Assembly: GCA_964597305.1 (NCBI GenBank)
Contig: CAZQWU010000004.1
Location: forward strand, 1-49,677
DNA: 49,677 nucleotides
Direction of reading: 5' to 3'
Source: an uncultured Bifidobacterium sp.
GTDB taxonomy: Bacteria > Actinomycetota > Actinomycetes > Nanopelagicales > Nanopelagicaceae
A program made the position numbers and the translations under genes. Of this stretch, positions 6,568 to 16,500 are shown in pieces. Under the pieces are notes generated by a model. It was not told where the DNA came from, ran no database searches, and was given only the letters and a program-made list of their open reading frames with translations. Each line of letters begins with the position of its first letter. Within the stretch, counting starts at the first letter, position 1.

Positions 6568-7061
6568 TACTCGCTCACCGCCACTAATTCATGAGCAATC
6601 ACATCAGCTGGGCTTAACGATCCAGAACGGAAAGCGCTATAAAGAGCGTCGCGCCCGCCTTCGATAAATCGAGTTGAGATGTAAGGATCGCGATGGGTGA
6701 ATCCGATGAAGTCGAGCACTTCGCCCGTTTTTGGAAAAACCGCATCCCCATTGACATTAACAATTTCATCAAGCACATGTTTCTTGAACGACTCTCGAAC
6801 TGTTTCAACAATTTCACTACTCCAATGAGTTTTTACCCATTCGGTAAAAGCTGATTCGTGGAGAATTTCCGGTGACGTCTTTGGTTGAACCAATGAAACT
6901 TTTGCAATCTCTTCGCCATCAAAGGCGGCTTTCGCTGAATCTGCGCCTACTTCCTCAAGCGCTTGGGCAAACTCGCGACGTAACCGTTCTTTCGCCTCCT
7001 TTGCAGTGTCAGCGATTAACGTGATTGCGGATAGCTGAAACGCTAGTTCGCGCAAGTTCAT
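6567..7061 (-). CDS. hypothetical protein, phage Gp157/Gam-like accessory protein (tentative)
   Basis: 164 aa. The N-terminus (TAKEAKERLRREFAQALEE) looks coiled-coil, followed by KVSLVQPKTSPEILHESAFTEWV. Size and layout resemble accessory genes that precede phage annealing proteins. RBS GGAAAGGAATGAAGCA precedes the ATG. Confidence 0.4.
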   Translation of the reverse strand: MNLRELAFQLSAITLIADTAKEAKERLRREFAQALEEVGADSAKAAFDGEEIAKVSLVQPKTSPEILHESAFTEWVKTHWSSEIVETVRESFKKHVLDEIVNVNGDAVFPKTGEVLDFIGFTHRDPYISTRFIEGGRDALYSAFRSGSLSPADVIAHELVAVSE

Positions 7062-7134
7062 TGCTTCATTCCTTTCCAGACCGACTCGAATGTCGATATG
7101 GGAATGAAACCAGGTGGGTCTGACAACCCCAGTT

Positions 7135-9057
7135 TTATGCGTCTAAATTGGCCTTTTTCGCCTTTGAAGCAAGGCGGGCTCGTTCATTTCCGTCGAAGAT
7201 CACTTTCCGTACCCGAACCATCGTCGGCGTTACTTCGATGCACTCATCTTCGCGGCAGAACTCTAACGCTTGTTCCATATTGAGTAGTTTTGGTGGAATC
7301 AATCGTTCCATTTCATCGGCGCCAGCAGAACGAATATTCGTCAATTTCTTTTCGCGGACAGCATTAACGTCCATATCTTCGGGGCGAGAATTTTCTCCGA
7401 CAACCATTCCTTCGTATACCTCATCACCAACCTGAACAAAGATCGCGCCACGTTCTTGTAATGAAAAGAGCGCATACGAGGTAACAATTCCCATTCGATC
7501 AGAAACAAGAGATCCAGTGAGTCGAGTTTTTAATTCACCATGCCATGGTTCGTAACCATCAAAGACATGGTGGAGTAATCCAGTTCCCCGAGTTTCGGTG
7601 AGAAATTCTGTCCGAAATCCGATTAAGCCACGTGAAGGAACTTTGTAATCCATGCGGATCCATCCCGTTCCATGATTCACCATCTGCTCCATGCGACCTT
7701 TTCGTAGCGCCATCAGCTGTGTGACGACGCCTAAATAATCTTCGGGAACATCGATAGTGAGGCGTTCCATTGGTTCATGCAATTTTCCATTAACAAGTTT
7801 GGTCACCACTTGAGGTTTACCAACCGTTAATTCAAAACCTTCCCGGCGCATTAATTCAACAAGCACGGCAAGTTGTAATTCGCCACGACCTTGAACTTCC
7901 CAAGTATCCGGGCGATCGGTTGGCAAAATTCTTAACGAAACATTGCCCACTAACTCTGCATCAAGGCGATTTTTTACAAGGCGCGCAGTTAATTTCTTAC
8001 CGCTCTTTCCCGCTAATGGCGAGGTATTAATACCCACCGTCATGGAAATACTTGGTTCATCAACGGTAATTAACGGTAATTGATAGGCATTTTCAGCATC
8101 GGCGAGGGTTTCGCCCAACGTGATCGTTTCAATTCCAGCCACCGCAATTATGTCTCCTGGCCCGGCAGATTGCGCAGGAACTCGTTCTAAGCCTTCAGTG
8201 ATGAGCAACTCAGAGATCTTTACTTTTTCGGTGGTGCCATCGACTTTCATCCACGTAGCCATCTGGCCCTTAGTAATTGTTCCTTCATGGACGCGACATA
8301 GCGCCAATCGCCCTAAGTATGGAGAGGAATCTAAGTTGGTGACATGCGCTTGTAGTGGCGCACCTTCGTGATACACCGGTGCGGGAATTGTTTTAAAAAT
8401 AGTATCGAAAAGTACATCGAGATTCTCTTGATCGGGCATTCCACCATCGTCTGGTCTATTCAGCGATGCGCGACCTGCCTTAGCTGAGGTGTAAACAATA
8501 GGGAAATCAATTTGCTCTTCATTAGCGTCGAGATCGAGAAATAATTCATACGTTTCATCAACAACTGCTGCGATTCGCGCGTCTGGTCGATCAACTTTAT
8601 TAATAATCAAGATAACCGGAAGATTTTTTTCTAGCGCTTTGCGGAGTACGAAACGAGTTTGCGGAAGCGGTCCCTCGGAAGCATCAACTAAGAGCGCAAC
8701 TCCATCCACCATTTCCAACCCACGTTCAACTTCACCACCGAAATCGGCGTGACCTGGTGTATCAATGATGTTGACAATGGTGTTGCCCCGTTTCACCGCA
8801 GTATTTTTCGCAAGAATGGTGATTCCTTTTTCGCGTTCAAGATCCATCGAATCCATAACGCGTTCCTTACCCTCTGCCTGTTCTTTATGGGCAGCAAAAG
8901 CACCTGATTGCCAGAGCATGGCATCAACGAGCGTAGTTTTACCGTGGTCAACGTGGGCAATAATTGCCACATTGCGTAACTCATCACGGTGTTTGACGGG
9001 TAAACCGGCTAGGTGTGGTTGAGTAATTTTCTTCACTGAATTAGACCTTCGCCACAT
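7135..9057 (-). CDS. typA: translational GTPase TypA/BipA
   Basis: AIIAHVDHGKTTLVD, DTPGHADFGGEV, NKVDR, with EF-G-like domains downstream. Its ATG overlaps the ychF stop (TAATG). Confidence 0.9.
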   Translation of the reverse strand: MWRRSNSVKKITQPHLAGLPVKHRDELRNVAIIAHVDHGKTTLVDAMLWQSGAFAAHKEQAEGKERVMDSMDLEREKGITILAKNTAVKRGNTIVNIIDTPGHADFGGEVERGLEMVDGVALLVDASEGPLPQTRFVLRKALEKNLPVILIINKVDRPDARIAAVVDETYELFLDLDANEEQIDFPIVYTSAKAGRASLNRPDDGGMPDQENLDVLFDTIFKTIPAPVYHEGAPLQAHVTNLDSSPYLGRLALCRVHEGTITKGQMATWMKVDGTTEKVKISELLITEGLERVPAQSAGPGDIIAVAGIETITLGETLADAENAYQLPLITVDEPSISMTVGINTSPLAGKSGKKLTARLVKNRLDAELVGNVSLRILPTDRPDTWEVQGRGELQLAVLVELMRREGFELTVGKPQVVTKLVNGKLHEPMERLTIDVPEDYLGVVTQLMALRKGRMEQMVNHGTGWIRMDYKVPSRGLIGFRTEFLTETRGTGLLHHVFDGYEPWHGELKTRLTGSLVSDRMGIVTSYALFSLQERGAIFVQVGDEVYEGMVVGENSRPEDMDVNAVREKKLTNIRSAGADEMERLIPPKLLNMEQALEFCREDECIEVTPTMVRVRKVIFDGNERARLASKAKKANLDA

Positions 9058-10130
9058 TAAACATTGAACCTGAACTCCACAACATCGCCATCGTGCATTA
9101 CGTAATCCTTGCCTTCCATTCGAACTTTGCCCTTATTTTTCGCTTCATTCATCGAGCCACACTCAACAAGATCCTTGAAGTGAACAACTTCGGCCTTGAT
9201 AAATCCTTTTTGAAAATCAGTATGAATAACCCCCGCCGCAACGGGTGCGGTATCACCTTTATGAATTGTCCATGCGCGAGCTTCTTTAGGACCTGCCGTG
9301 AGATACGTCTGGAGTCCGAGCGTGTTAAATCCAACGCGGGCTAGCGTACTCAATCCTGGCTCAGTTAAGCCAATTGAGTTCAATAATTCCAATGCTTCAG
9401 CATCGTCGAGCTCGCTCAATTCCATCTCTGTTTTTGCATCGAGGAATATCGCTTCTGCTGGAGCAACTAACTTTGATAATTTTTCTCGGAGCGTAGTATC
9501 AGAAAGTTCTGCAGCATCAACATTAAATACATAGAGAAATGGTTTTGCCGTGAGCAAACCAAGCTCTTTAATCAGCGCTAAATCAAGGCCTGAGCCGTAG
9601 AGAACTCTGCCATCGGAAAGTAACGACTCTGCCTTTTTGACCTCCGCCAGTAACGGTTGCTTTTCTTTATTTGTGCGCGCTTCTTTTTCGAGACGTGGCA
9701 AGGCTTTTTCAATTGTTTGTAAATCTGCAAGTGCAAGTTCGGTATTAATTGTTTCAATGTCGCTTGCGGGATCAACTTTGCCGTCGACATGGACAACATC
9801 GCCATCGCTAAAAACGCGAATTACTTGGCAGATCGCATCTGTTTCGCGAATATTGGCAAGAAACTTATTTCCAAGCCCAGCGCCTTCCGAAGCGCCTTTT
9901 ACAATTCCAGCAATATCCACGAAGGAGACTGTCGCGGGAAGAATCTGTTCGGAATGAAAAATCTCGGCGAGGACCTTTAATCGAGGATCTGGTACTCCGA
10001 CGACGCCGACATTGGGTTCGATGGTGGCAAAGGGATAATTGGCTGCTAAGACGTTGTTCTTAGTCAACGCGTTAAAGAGCGTCGATTTGCCTACGTTGGG
10101 TAAACCAACGATTCCAATAGAGAGTCCCAC
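9057..10130 (-). CDS. ychF: redox-regulated ATPase YchF
   Basis: GIVGLPNVGKSTLFNA P-loop, and a C-terminal TGS-like domain (VRMEGKDYVMHDGDVVEFRFNV). GTG start. Confidence 0.9.
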   Translation of the reverse strand: MGLSIGIVGLPNVGKSTLFNALTKNNVLAANYPFATIEPNVGVVGVPDPRLKVLAEIFHSEQILPATVSFVDIAGIVKGASEGAGLGNKFLANIRETDAICQVIRVFSDGDVVHVDGKVDPASDIETINTELALADLQTIEKALPRLEKEARTNKEKQPLLAEVKKAESLLSDGRVLYGSGLDLALIKELGLLTAKPFLYVFNVDAAELSDTTLREKLSKLVAPAEAIFLDAKTEMELSELDDAEALELLNSIGLTEPGLSTLARVGFNTLGLQTYLTAGPKEARAWTIHKGDTAPVAAGVIHTDFQKGFIKAEVVHFKDLVECGSMNEAKNKGKVRMEGKDYVMHDGDVVEFRFNV

Positions 10131-10181
10131 GAGGGGTAGAGCCTACGCGCCATTGTCGGTGGCGAATGCCACGATAGGCGT

Positions 10182-11327
10182 ATGAATGGTGCGATCTATC
10201 TCATTGTTGGTCTCGGCGCAGGCGCTGCGATTGGCTATCTCTTTGCTTCACTGCGTACGCAATCCTCTGCTGGAAATGAAGCGCTTATTGATGACTATAA
10301 AAAACAATTAGATGCAGAGCGAAGCAAAACTGAAAACGCCATCAAGTTAACGGCCGAGCTCTCGGCAATGAAAGAGACCGTTAAAGAACTTTCGCAACAG
10401 TCACACGAAGCCCATCGAACGCGAACTGAGGCAGAAGCCAAACTCTCCTCAACAATTATGGAGATGCGTCGAGCAAGCGAGTCATTCTTCGATGAAACTA
10501 AGAAAATTTCTGGAGCACTTTCGCAGTCTCAGACGCGTGGAAAGTTTGGCGAGGCGCAATTAGAGCTACTCCTTCAAAACGCTGGTTTGCGCGAAGGTCA
10601 CGAATATACCCGGCAAAAATCTACGACTGATTCTGATTCATCGGGAATTCCTGATATCACAGTCGAAATGCCTGGCGGTTCTAAAATTTTCATCGATTCA
10701 AAATTCCCTTTTGATCGATTCGTTGAAGCATTTGGAACTGAAGATCAAAATCAACGCGATGAGTTTCTGGCACAACACACCAAAGATCTCCTGAAGCATG
10801 TCGAAGCTTTATCCAAGCGTGGATATCACAAGTCCCAAGGCTCCCCTGATTTTGTCGTGCTCTTTGTTCCGTTCGAAACCCTTCTCTCAGAAGCGCTCCG
10901 AATTGATAAAAATTTCCTCGAGAAAGCGTTCAAATTAAATGTTACGGTGGCAACGCCGACTTCTATGATGGCGCTTCTTCGCACGGTCGGTTATATCTTT
11001 ACGCGAAATAAATTGGCGCAAAATGCAGACGACATTAAAAACGTTGCTACGACTTTTTTGAAAAATCTCACGCTCTTGCATGGAAAGATTGTTGCAGTTG
11101 GAAAAGCAATCTCCTCGACGGCAAAAGCGTATGAAGATCTCATTCCCACTGCAGAGCGCACGGTGCTCATTCCAGCTCGACGAATTCATAATCTTGGCGT
11201 GAGTGGCGATAAAGATAAACTCGCAATCGAATATCCTGACTCACCAGGTAACGTTCGCGAACTGAAGAATATCTCCGAGGATGATGATTTCATTGATGGC
11301 GAAGAGATTGGTGAGAAGAATGGCTAG
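10182..11327 (+). CDS. rmuC: DNA recombination protein RmuC
   Basis: N-terminal TM helix, a long coiled coil, then a nuclease-like core (PDITVEMPGG..IFIDSKFP...FVVLFVPFE) typical of RmuC. Confidence 0.75.
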   Translation: MNGAIYLIVGLGAGAAIGYLFASLRTQSSAGNEALIDDYKKQLDAERSKTENAIKLTAELSAMKETVKELSQQSHEAHRTRTEAEAKLSSTIMEMRRASESFFDETKKISGALSQSQTRGKFGEAQLELLLQNAGLREGHEYTRQKSTTDSDSSGIPDITVEMPGGSKIFIDSKFPFDRFVEAFGTEDQNQRDEFLAQHTKDLLKHVEALSKRGYHKSQGSPDFVVLFVPFETLLSEALRIDKNFLEKAFKLNVTVATPTSMMALLRTVGYIFTRNKLAQNADDIKNVATTFLKNLTLLHGKIVAVGKAISSTAKAYEDLIPTAERTVLIPARRIHNLGVSGDKDKLAIEYPDSPGNVRELKNISEDDDFIDGEEIGEKNG

Positions 11328-11733
11328 TCCAACGCTGAAGCGACCTATTCAAGGGCCAGGGTTAACTGGGCCAGGTGTTGTCATCCTTCAATTTGTTTTC
11401 ATTACGTTTATTGCCATGATAGAAATTTTCTTTCGCAGCGGTCCAGGAATCATTACTGGAATTGCCATCTGGCTCTCGTATTGGGGAGGAATCAAACTTG
11501 GACGAGCGGGAACGCTTTATCCCGCAATAGTTAATCCACCTATCGCATTTGCTGCAGCCATGATTTTTCTCATGCCCACTCTTGGAAATGTTTCGCTTCG
11601 ACCCAGTCGAATCGCTGTCGAACTCTTTGCATCACTGGCTAGTGAAGCGCCATTTCTCATTACTGGTTCTGCCGTTGCGTGGATTATTTATATAACGAAA
11701 AAGAAGCAGGGCTCACTTACCCGCAGCTCGTAA
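11320..11733 (+). CDS. small integral membrane protein (DUF6542-like?)
   Basis: Four predicted TM segments. I prefer ATG at 11320 (GGTGAGAAGA upstream, overlapping the rmuC stop) over the ORF-track start at 11281. Its 3' end overlaps convergent ispH by 21 nt. Confidence 0.5.
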   Translation: MASPTLKRPIQGPGLTGPGVVILQFVFITFIAMIEIFFRSGPGIITGIAIWLSYWGGIKLGRAGTLYPAIVNPPIAFAAAMIFLMPTLGNVSLRPSRIAVELFASLASEAPFLITGSAVAWIIYITKKKQGSLTRSS

Positions 11734-12666
11734 ATCTTTGCGAAGCTCTGGTGGAATTGCAAAAAGCAGGCTCTCTTCCGTCGCAGTAACCGTCTCTACA
11801 TCGGAATAACCGCGCGTGGCTAAATTGGCAAGAAGCTCGGTTACGAGAATCTCTGGCACTGATGCACCACTGGAAACGCCAATAGTTTCAACTCCGTTAA
11901 ACCATTCATCGAGAAGTTCTTCGGCGTAATCAATGAGATATCCAGCTTTTGCACCATATTCCAAGGCTACTTCGACAAGTCGAACTGAATTTGATGAATT
12001 TTTCGAACCAACAACAAGGATGAGATCTGCCTGTGGCGCAATTTGTTTAATTGCAGTCTGTCGATTTTGAGTGGCGTAACAAATGTCATCACTGGGTGGA
12101 TCCATCAATTGCGGAAATCGTTGTTTGAGAATTCCAACCGCTTCAAGTGTTTCATCTACGCTAAGCGTTGTTTGCGAGAGCCATGCTAATTTTTTATTGG
12201 GATCAACCTGAACATTACGTGCGCCATCAAGACCATCAACTACCGTGATGTGATCTGGCGCTTCTCCAGCGGTTCCTTCAACTTCTTCATGTCCGTGATG
12301 GCCGATAAGAAGGATCTGCATATCGTCTTTTGCGAATCGTTGCGCTTCATGATGAACTTTGGTAACGAGTGGACACGTAGCATCAATAGTTTTTAGTTGT
12401 CGCTTTGCGGCTTCTTGATGCACCGCTGGTGAAACGCCATGGGCCGAGAAAACAACAATGGCGCCTTCAGGAACTTGATCGGTTTCCTCTACGAAAATCG
12501 CACCTTTTTTCTCCAGAGTCGCGACAACATGTTTATTATGGACAATTTGTTTTCGCACATATACAGGGGCGCCGTAGAGGTCAAGCGCTTTTTCTACAGT
12601 AATAACGGCCCGGTCAACACCCGCGCAATATCCGCGTGGTGCCGCGAGTAGAACCCGTTTAGCCAT
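11713..12666 (-). CDS. ispH: 4-hydroxy-3-methylbut-2-enyl diphosphate reductase
   Basis: [18 protein letters not shown] and [13 protein letters not shown], which are the three conserved Cys regions and the SSNS motif of IspH/LytB. Confidence 0.9.
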   Translation of the reverse strand: MAKRVLLAAPRGYCAGVDRAVITVEKALDLYGAPVYVRKQIVHNKHVVATLEKKGAIFVEETDQVPEGAIVVFSAHGVSPAVHQEAAKRQLKTIDATCPLVTKVHHEAQRFAKDDMQILLIGHHGHEEVEGTAGEAPDHITVVDGLDGARNVQVDPNKKLAWLSQTTLSVDETLEAVGILKQRFPQLMDPPSDDICYATQNRQTAIKQIAPQADLILVVGSKNSSNSVRLVEVALEYGAKAGYLIDYAEELLDEWFNGVETIGVSSGASVPEILVTELLANLATRGYSDVETVTATEESLLFAIPPELRKDLRAAGK

Positions 12667-12672
12667 GTGGCC

Positions 12673-12685
12673 ATCCTATTAGGAT
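12673..12685. promoter_or_regulatory. back-to-back -10 hexamers for divergent, probably leaderless ispH and xseA
   Basis: The 25-bp intergenic region is gtggcc ATCCTA t TAGGAT cgcgtc. TAGGAT lies 6 nt from GTG at 12692, and TAGGAT on the other strand lies 6 nt from ATG at 12666. The geometry is identical to 5079-5091. Confidence 0.4.
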
Positions 12686-12691
12686 CGCGTC

Positions 12692-13906
12692 GTGCTCGAA
12701 ACTTCAGCAGAAAAACCCGCACCGGTTCGCGTCATTTCAGAAGCAATTAGTGAATACATCAATCGACTCGGAACAATTTGGGTAGAAGGTGAACTTGCGC
12801 AAGTAAACGACCGTGGCTCAGGAACGATGCTCTACATGCGGTTGCGAGATCCCAGTGTAGATATGTATTTACAAGTAGTGTGCCCACGATCTGTATTTAA
12901 AGCTGCATCGCCTCTTCCAGAGAATGCTCGTGTAGTCATTAATTCAAAAGTGAATTTCTATACGCCTACCGGTTCGCTTTCACTTAATGCAAAAGAGATT
13001 CGACAGGTAGGGATTGGCGAATTGCTCGCTCGATTAGAGCACCTCAAGAAAGTTCTTACAGCTGAAGGGCTATTCGCACCTGAGCGAAAAAAGCCACTTC
13101 CTTTCTTACCTCAGAAAGTTGGCTTGATTTGTGGTCGGGCAAGTGCCGCCGAAAAGGATGTCGTTGAAAATGCTCGTAAACGATGGCCCGCAGTTGAATT
13201 TGAAATTCGTGAAGTTGCAGTTCAAGGAAGCGCAGCGGTTGTTGAAGTCTCACGTGCGCTCAAAGAGCTTGATGCAGATTCCAACGTCGATGTCATCATC
13301 ATTACTCGCGGTGGCGGTTCATTTGAAGATTTACTGCCCTTTAGCGATGAAGGTTTAGTTCGCTTAGCCGCGGCATGTACAACGCCGATCGTCAGCGCAA
13401 TTGGCCACGAACAAGATGCGCCACTGCTTGATCTCGTCGCTGATTTACGAGCCTCCACTCCCACTGATGCAGCAAAACGCGTCGTGCCCGATATGGCGGA
13501 AGAGTTGACGAAGATTCGACTTCTGCGTGATCGCGCAGATAGACGGATCAATGATTTTGTCGTACTTGAAATGACCAGAATTGCCGGATTAATTCAACGT
13601 CCAATCATGAAGGACCCTTTGACGATGGTGACGATTCGCCAAGAAGTTGTAAATACCTTTGTGCGTCGATCATGGCGAAGTATGGATTCACAACTCATCC
13701 ATGCAAAAACAGAAATAGAACAAATAGCGGCTCGAGTCCGAACGCTCTCTCCGCAAGCAACGCTCGATCGCGGATATGCAGTTGTTCAAAAAAGTGATGG
13801 TTCCATCGCTCGATCGCCGCGAGAGCTTAAAGCAGGTGACTCACTTCGCTTGAGACTTGCGCAGGGTGTGGCGATAGCAACAGCGACTGGAGAGAGCGAA
13901 AAATAG
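12692..13906 (+). CDS. xseA: exodeoxyribonuclease VII large subunit
   Basis: N-terminal OB fold (IWVEGELAQV) and the IIITRGGGSFEDLLPFSDE motif. xseB lies immediately downstream. Confidence 0.9.
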   Translation: MLETSAEKPAPVRVISEAISEYINRLGTIWVEGELAQVNDRGSGTMLYMRLRDPSVDMYLQVVCPRSVFKAASPLPENARVVINSKVNFYTPTGSLSLNAKEIRQVGIGELLARLEHLKKVLTAEGLFAPERKKPLPFLPQKVGLICGRASAAEKDVVENARKRWPAVEFEIREVAVQGSAAVVEVSRALKELDADSNVDVIIITRGGGSFEDLLPFSDEGLVRLAAACTTPIVSAIGHEQDAPLLDLVADLRASTPTDAAKRVVPDMAEELTKIRLLRDRADRRINDFVVLEMTRIAGLIQRPIMKDPLTMVTIRQEVVNTFVRRSWRSMDSQLIHAKTEIEQIAARVRTLSPQATLDRGYAVVQKSDGSIARSPRELKAGDSLRLRLAQGVAIATATGESEK

Positions 13907-13926
13907 AGAAGGAGTAGATTAGGCAA

Positions 13927-14121
13927 ATGCCCGCGAAACTTACGTACGAAGAAGCTCGAGACGAACTCACAAAAGTTGTTGCAACTCTTGAAGCAGGTGG
14001 CACAACCCTTGAGGAGTCGCTCAAATTATGGGAACGCGGTGAGGAGTTAGCTGCGATATGCCAAGAATGGCTCGATGGAGCACGCAAAAAATTAGAATCT
14101 GCAAAACCGGTTGAGGAGTAA
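13927..14121 (+). CDS. xseB: exodeoxyribonuclease VII small subunit
   Basis: 64 aa with [45 protein letters not shown] lies upstream. Confidence 0.9.
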   Translation: MPAKLTYEEARDELTKVVATLEAGGTTLEESLKLWERGEELAAICQEWLDGARKKLESAKPVEE

Positions 14122-14123
14122 TC

Positions 14124-15776
14124 GTGCCTGAGTTTGTTTATGAAGATTTGCTTCCACTCGGTAAGGATGAGACTGAATACCGATTCGTCAGCAAAGAAGG
14201 AGTCTCAACATTTCAAGCAGAAGGAAAGACTTTTCTCACTGTTTCGCCTGATGCCATTGCCAACTTAACAGAAGTGGCAATGCATGACATCAACCATTAT
14301 TTGCGGAGCTCTCATCTCGAACAACTTGCGCACATTCTTCGAGATCCAGAGAGTTCACCGAATGATCGATTCGTTGCCCTTGATCTTTTGAAGAATGCCA
14401 ATATTTCAGCAGGGGGAATTTTACCGATGTGCCAAGACACAGGCACAGCGCTGGTTATGGGTAAAAAGGGCCAGCGAGTAATCACGAGCGAGCGCGATGA
14501 AATTTCAATTTCACGCGGTGTCTATAACGCCTACACCACTCTCAATCTTCGCTATTCACAACTCGCCCCAGTTACGACGTGGGATGAAAAGAACACTGGA
14601 AATAATTTACCTGCGCAGGTTGAAATTTATTCAGATACCCATCACGACGATGAATATAACTTCCTCTTTCTTGCCAAAGGTGGCGGAAGTGCGAATAAAT
14701 CTTTTATGTACCAAGAGACAAAGGCGATTCTCAACCCCACTTCCTTTATGAATTGGTTAGATGAAAAATTGCGATCAATCGGAACTGCAGCATGTCCCCC
14801 CTATCACCTAGCAATTGTCATCGGTGGAACGAGCGCTGAATTCACTGCGAAAACTGCAAAATTAGCGAGCGCTAAATATTTGGATTCGCTACCGACTCAC
14901 GGTGATGCAAAGACGGGCCACGCCTTCCGCGATCTTGAGTTAGAAAAGCAAGTGCATTTACTCACTCAGAAGTTAGGAATTGGCGCGCAATTTGGCGGCA
15001 AATACTTCTGCCACGATGTTCGAGTAATTCGACTTCCTCGCCATGGCGCCTCACTTCCCATTTCAATCGCAGTCTCGTGTTCTGCCGATCGCCAAGCAAA
15101 AGCGAAAATCACTCGCGAAGGAATATTCATTGAAAAGCTTGAGCGAGATCCTGCTCGCTTTATGCCAGAGGTTCTTGATGAGCATCTCGATGACAATGTT
15201 GTCGCCATCGACCTTCACCAACCGATGGCTGAGATTCTCAAAGAGCTTTCGAAATACCCAATAAAGACGCGGGTTTCACTCACCGGAACGCTCGTGGTTG
15301 CTCGTGACTTAGCCCATGCCAAGATTAAAGAGTTGCTCGATGCGGGTAAGCCGATGCCTGAGTATCTGAAGAAATATGCGGTCTACTACGCCGGTCCAGC
15401 GAAAACTCCAGCTGGCTATGCCTCGGGTTCCTTCGGACCAACAACTGCAGGTCGAATGGATTCTTATGTCGACCAATTCCAAAAAGCGGGTGGGTCAATG
15501 ATCATGTTGGCAAAAGGAAATCGCTCACAGGCAGTGACGAATGCCTGTAAAGCCAATGGTGGTTTTTATCTTGGCTCGATTGGCGGTCCGGCAGCTCGAC
15601 TTGCTCAGGATTGTATAAAGAAGGTTGATGTACTCGATTATGAAGAGCTTGGAATGGAAGCTATTTGGAAAATTGAAGTTGAGAATTTTCCAGCATTTAT
15701 TGTGGTTGACGATAAAGGAAATGATTTCTTTGCGCAAACAAGTAAGCCGATGACAATCGGTAAACGACCAGAGTAA
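14124..15776 (+). CDS. class I (Fe-S dependent) fumarate hydratase
   Basis: 550 aa. [10 protein letters not shown] in the alpha domain and GPTTAGRMD in the C-terminal beta domain. GTG start 2 nt after the xseB stop. Confidence 0.85.
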   Translation: MPEFVYEDLLPLGKDETEYRFVSKEGVSTFQAEGKTFLTVSPDAIANLTEVAMHDINHYLRSSHLEQLAHILRDPESSPNDRFVALDLLKNANISAGGILPMCQDTGTALVMGKKGQRVITSERDEISISRGVYNAYTTLNLRYSQLAPVTTWDEKNTGNNLPAQVEIYSDTHHDDEYNFLFLAKGGGSANKSFMYQETKAILNPTSFMNWLDEKLRSIGTAACPPYHLAIVIGGTSAEFTAKTAKLASAKYLDSLPTHGDAKTGHAFRDLELEKQVHLLTQKLGIGAQFGGKYFCHDVRVIRLPRHGASLPISIAVSCSADRQAKAKITREGIFIEKLERDPARFMPEVLDEHLDDNVVAIDLHQPMAEILKELSKYPIKTRVSLTGTLVVARDLAHAKIKELLDAGKPMPEYLKKYAVYYAGPAKTPAGYASGSFGPTTAGRMDSYVDQFQKAGGSMIMLAKGNRSQAVTNACKANGGFYLGSIGGPAARLAQDCIKKVDVLDYEELGMEAIWKIEVENFPAFIVVDDKGNDFFAQTSKPMTIGKRPE

Positions 15777-15800
15777 AACCTCAGTACTGAACGAATTTAT

Positions 15801-16406
15801 TTAGTAATAGCGCGAACGCTTCCACTTCGCGTAAGCCTTACACGGGGTTTCATATCGACTTTGAATATAGGAAAGACCCCACTGAATTTGCGTCAATGGA
15901 TTCGTTCGCCAATCTGTACTTACCGATTCCATCTTTGTGGCGGGAAGTGCCTGAGCAATTCCGTGAGCCCCACTGCGAGGATTTCTTGCTTTGTAGTTCC
16001 AATGGCTCTCTCGGTTCCACAGAGAATTAAGGCATGAGTACTGCTGATCGCTCCACCCATACGTATTGAGAACTAAATCCTTTGCGTACTTTTTCGCACC
16101 GATGGGGTTGCGTGCTGCTTCGATCTGTTGCGAGATCAGAGCAGTCATTGCTATCTCCCCGGCATTAACTAGGGCCGATGGGTCGAGCTCTATTCCGGAG
16201 GTACTTGCAGTCCCCATGATGGACTCGGTCGGGTAGGTGCCAGAGTCGGCGGTCTTCAGGATTGAACCAAGGTCAACCCCAATCGTCACCGGTCCCTGCG
16301 CGTAGGCGGGTTCAACGATTGCGAGGAAGAGAAATGAGAGTGCAGCTGCCAAAATGGTTCGTCGACGACGGATCGAAATCCGGCGGTTGAGTTTCACCAT
16401 CCGCAT
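15801..16406 (-). CDS. secreted transglycosylase-like cell-wall protein
   Basis: Signal peptide (RRRRTILAAALSFLFLAIVEPAYAQ). The C-terminal domain NSLWNRESHWNYKARNPRSGAHGIAQALP resembles SLT/aggregation-promoting-factor-type lytic transglycosylase domains. Strong SD GAGAGGAGGG. Confidence 0.7.
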   Translation of the reverse strand: MRMVKLNRRISIRRRRTILAAALSFLFLAIVEPAYAQGPVTIGVDLGSILKTADSGTYPTESIMGTASTSGIELDPSALVNAGEIAMTALISQQIEAARNPIGAKKYAKDLVLNTYGWSDQQYSCLNSLWNRESHWNYKARNPRSGAHGIAQALPATKMESVSTDWRTNPLTQIQWGLSYIQSRYETPCKAYAKWKRSRYY

Positions 16407-16425
16407 CAGCCCTCCTCTCTATCCC

Positions 16426-16500
16426 GCTCTTAACTACCCTGCTCTTAACTACCCTGCTCTTAACTACCCTGCTCTTAACTACCCTGCTCTTACTCCCGCT
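16426..16500. repeat. 15-bp tandem repeat, 4 perfect copies plus 1 degenerate, in the transglycosylase leader
   Basis: gctcttaactaccct x4 (16426-16485), then gctcttactcccgct. On the gene strand the unit is AGGGTAGTTAAGAGC. It ends 20 nt upstream of the start codon. Confidence 0.9.

Noticed and set aside
5944-7061. Calling this pair a prophage or mobile element
   Set aside because: There is no integrase, transposase, flanking direct repeat, tRNA target or structural gene, and the flanks are core genes. I report it as phage-like genes only, not as a mobile element.
16426-16500. Possible CRISPR array (also considered for 2323-2370 and 1989-2033)
   Set aside because: The repeats are only 10-15 bp and directly abut one another with no spacers, and no cas genes are present. 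They are plain tandem repeats.
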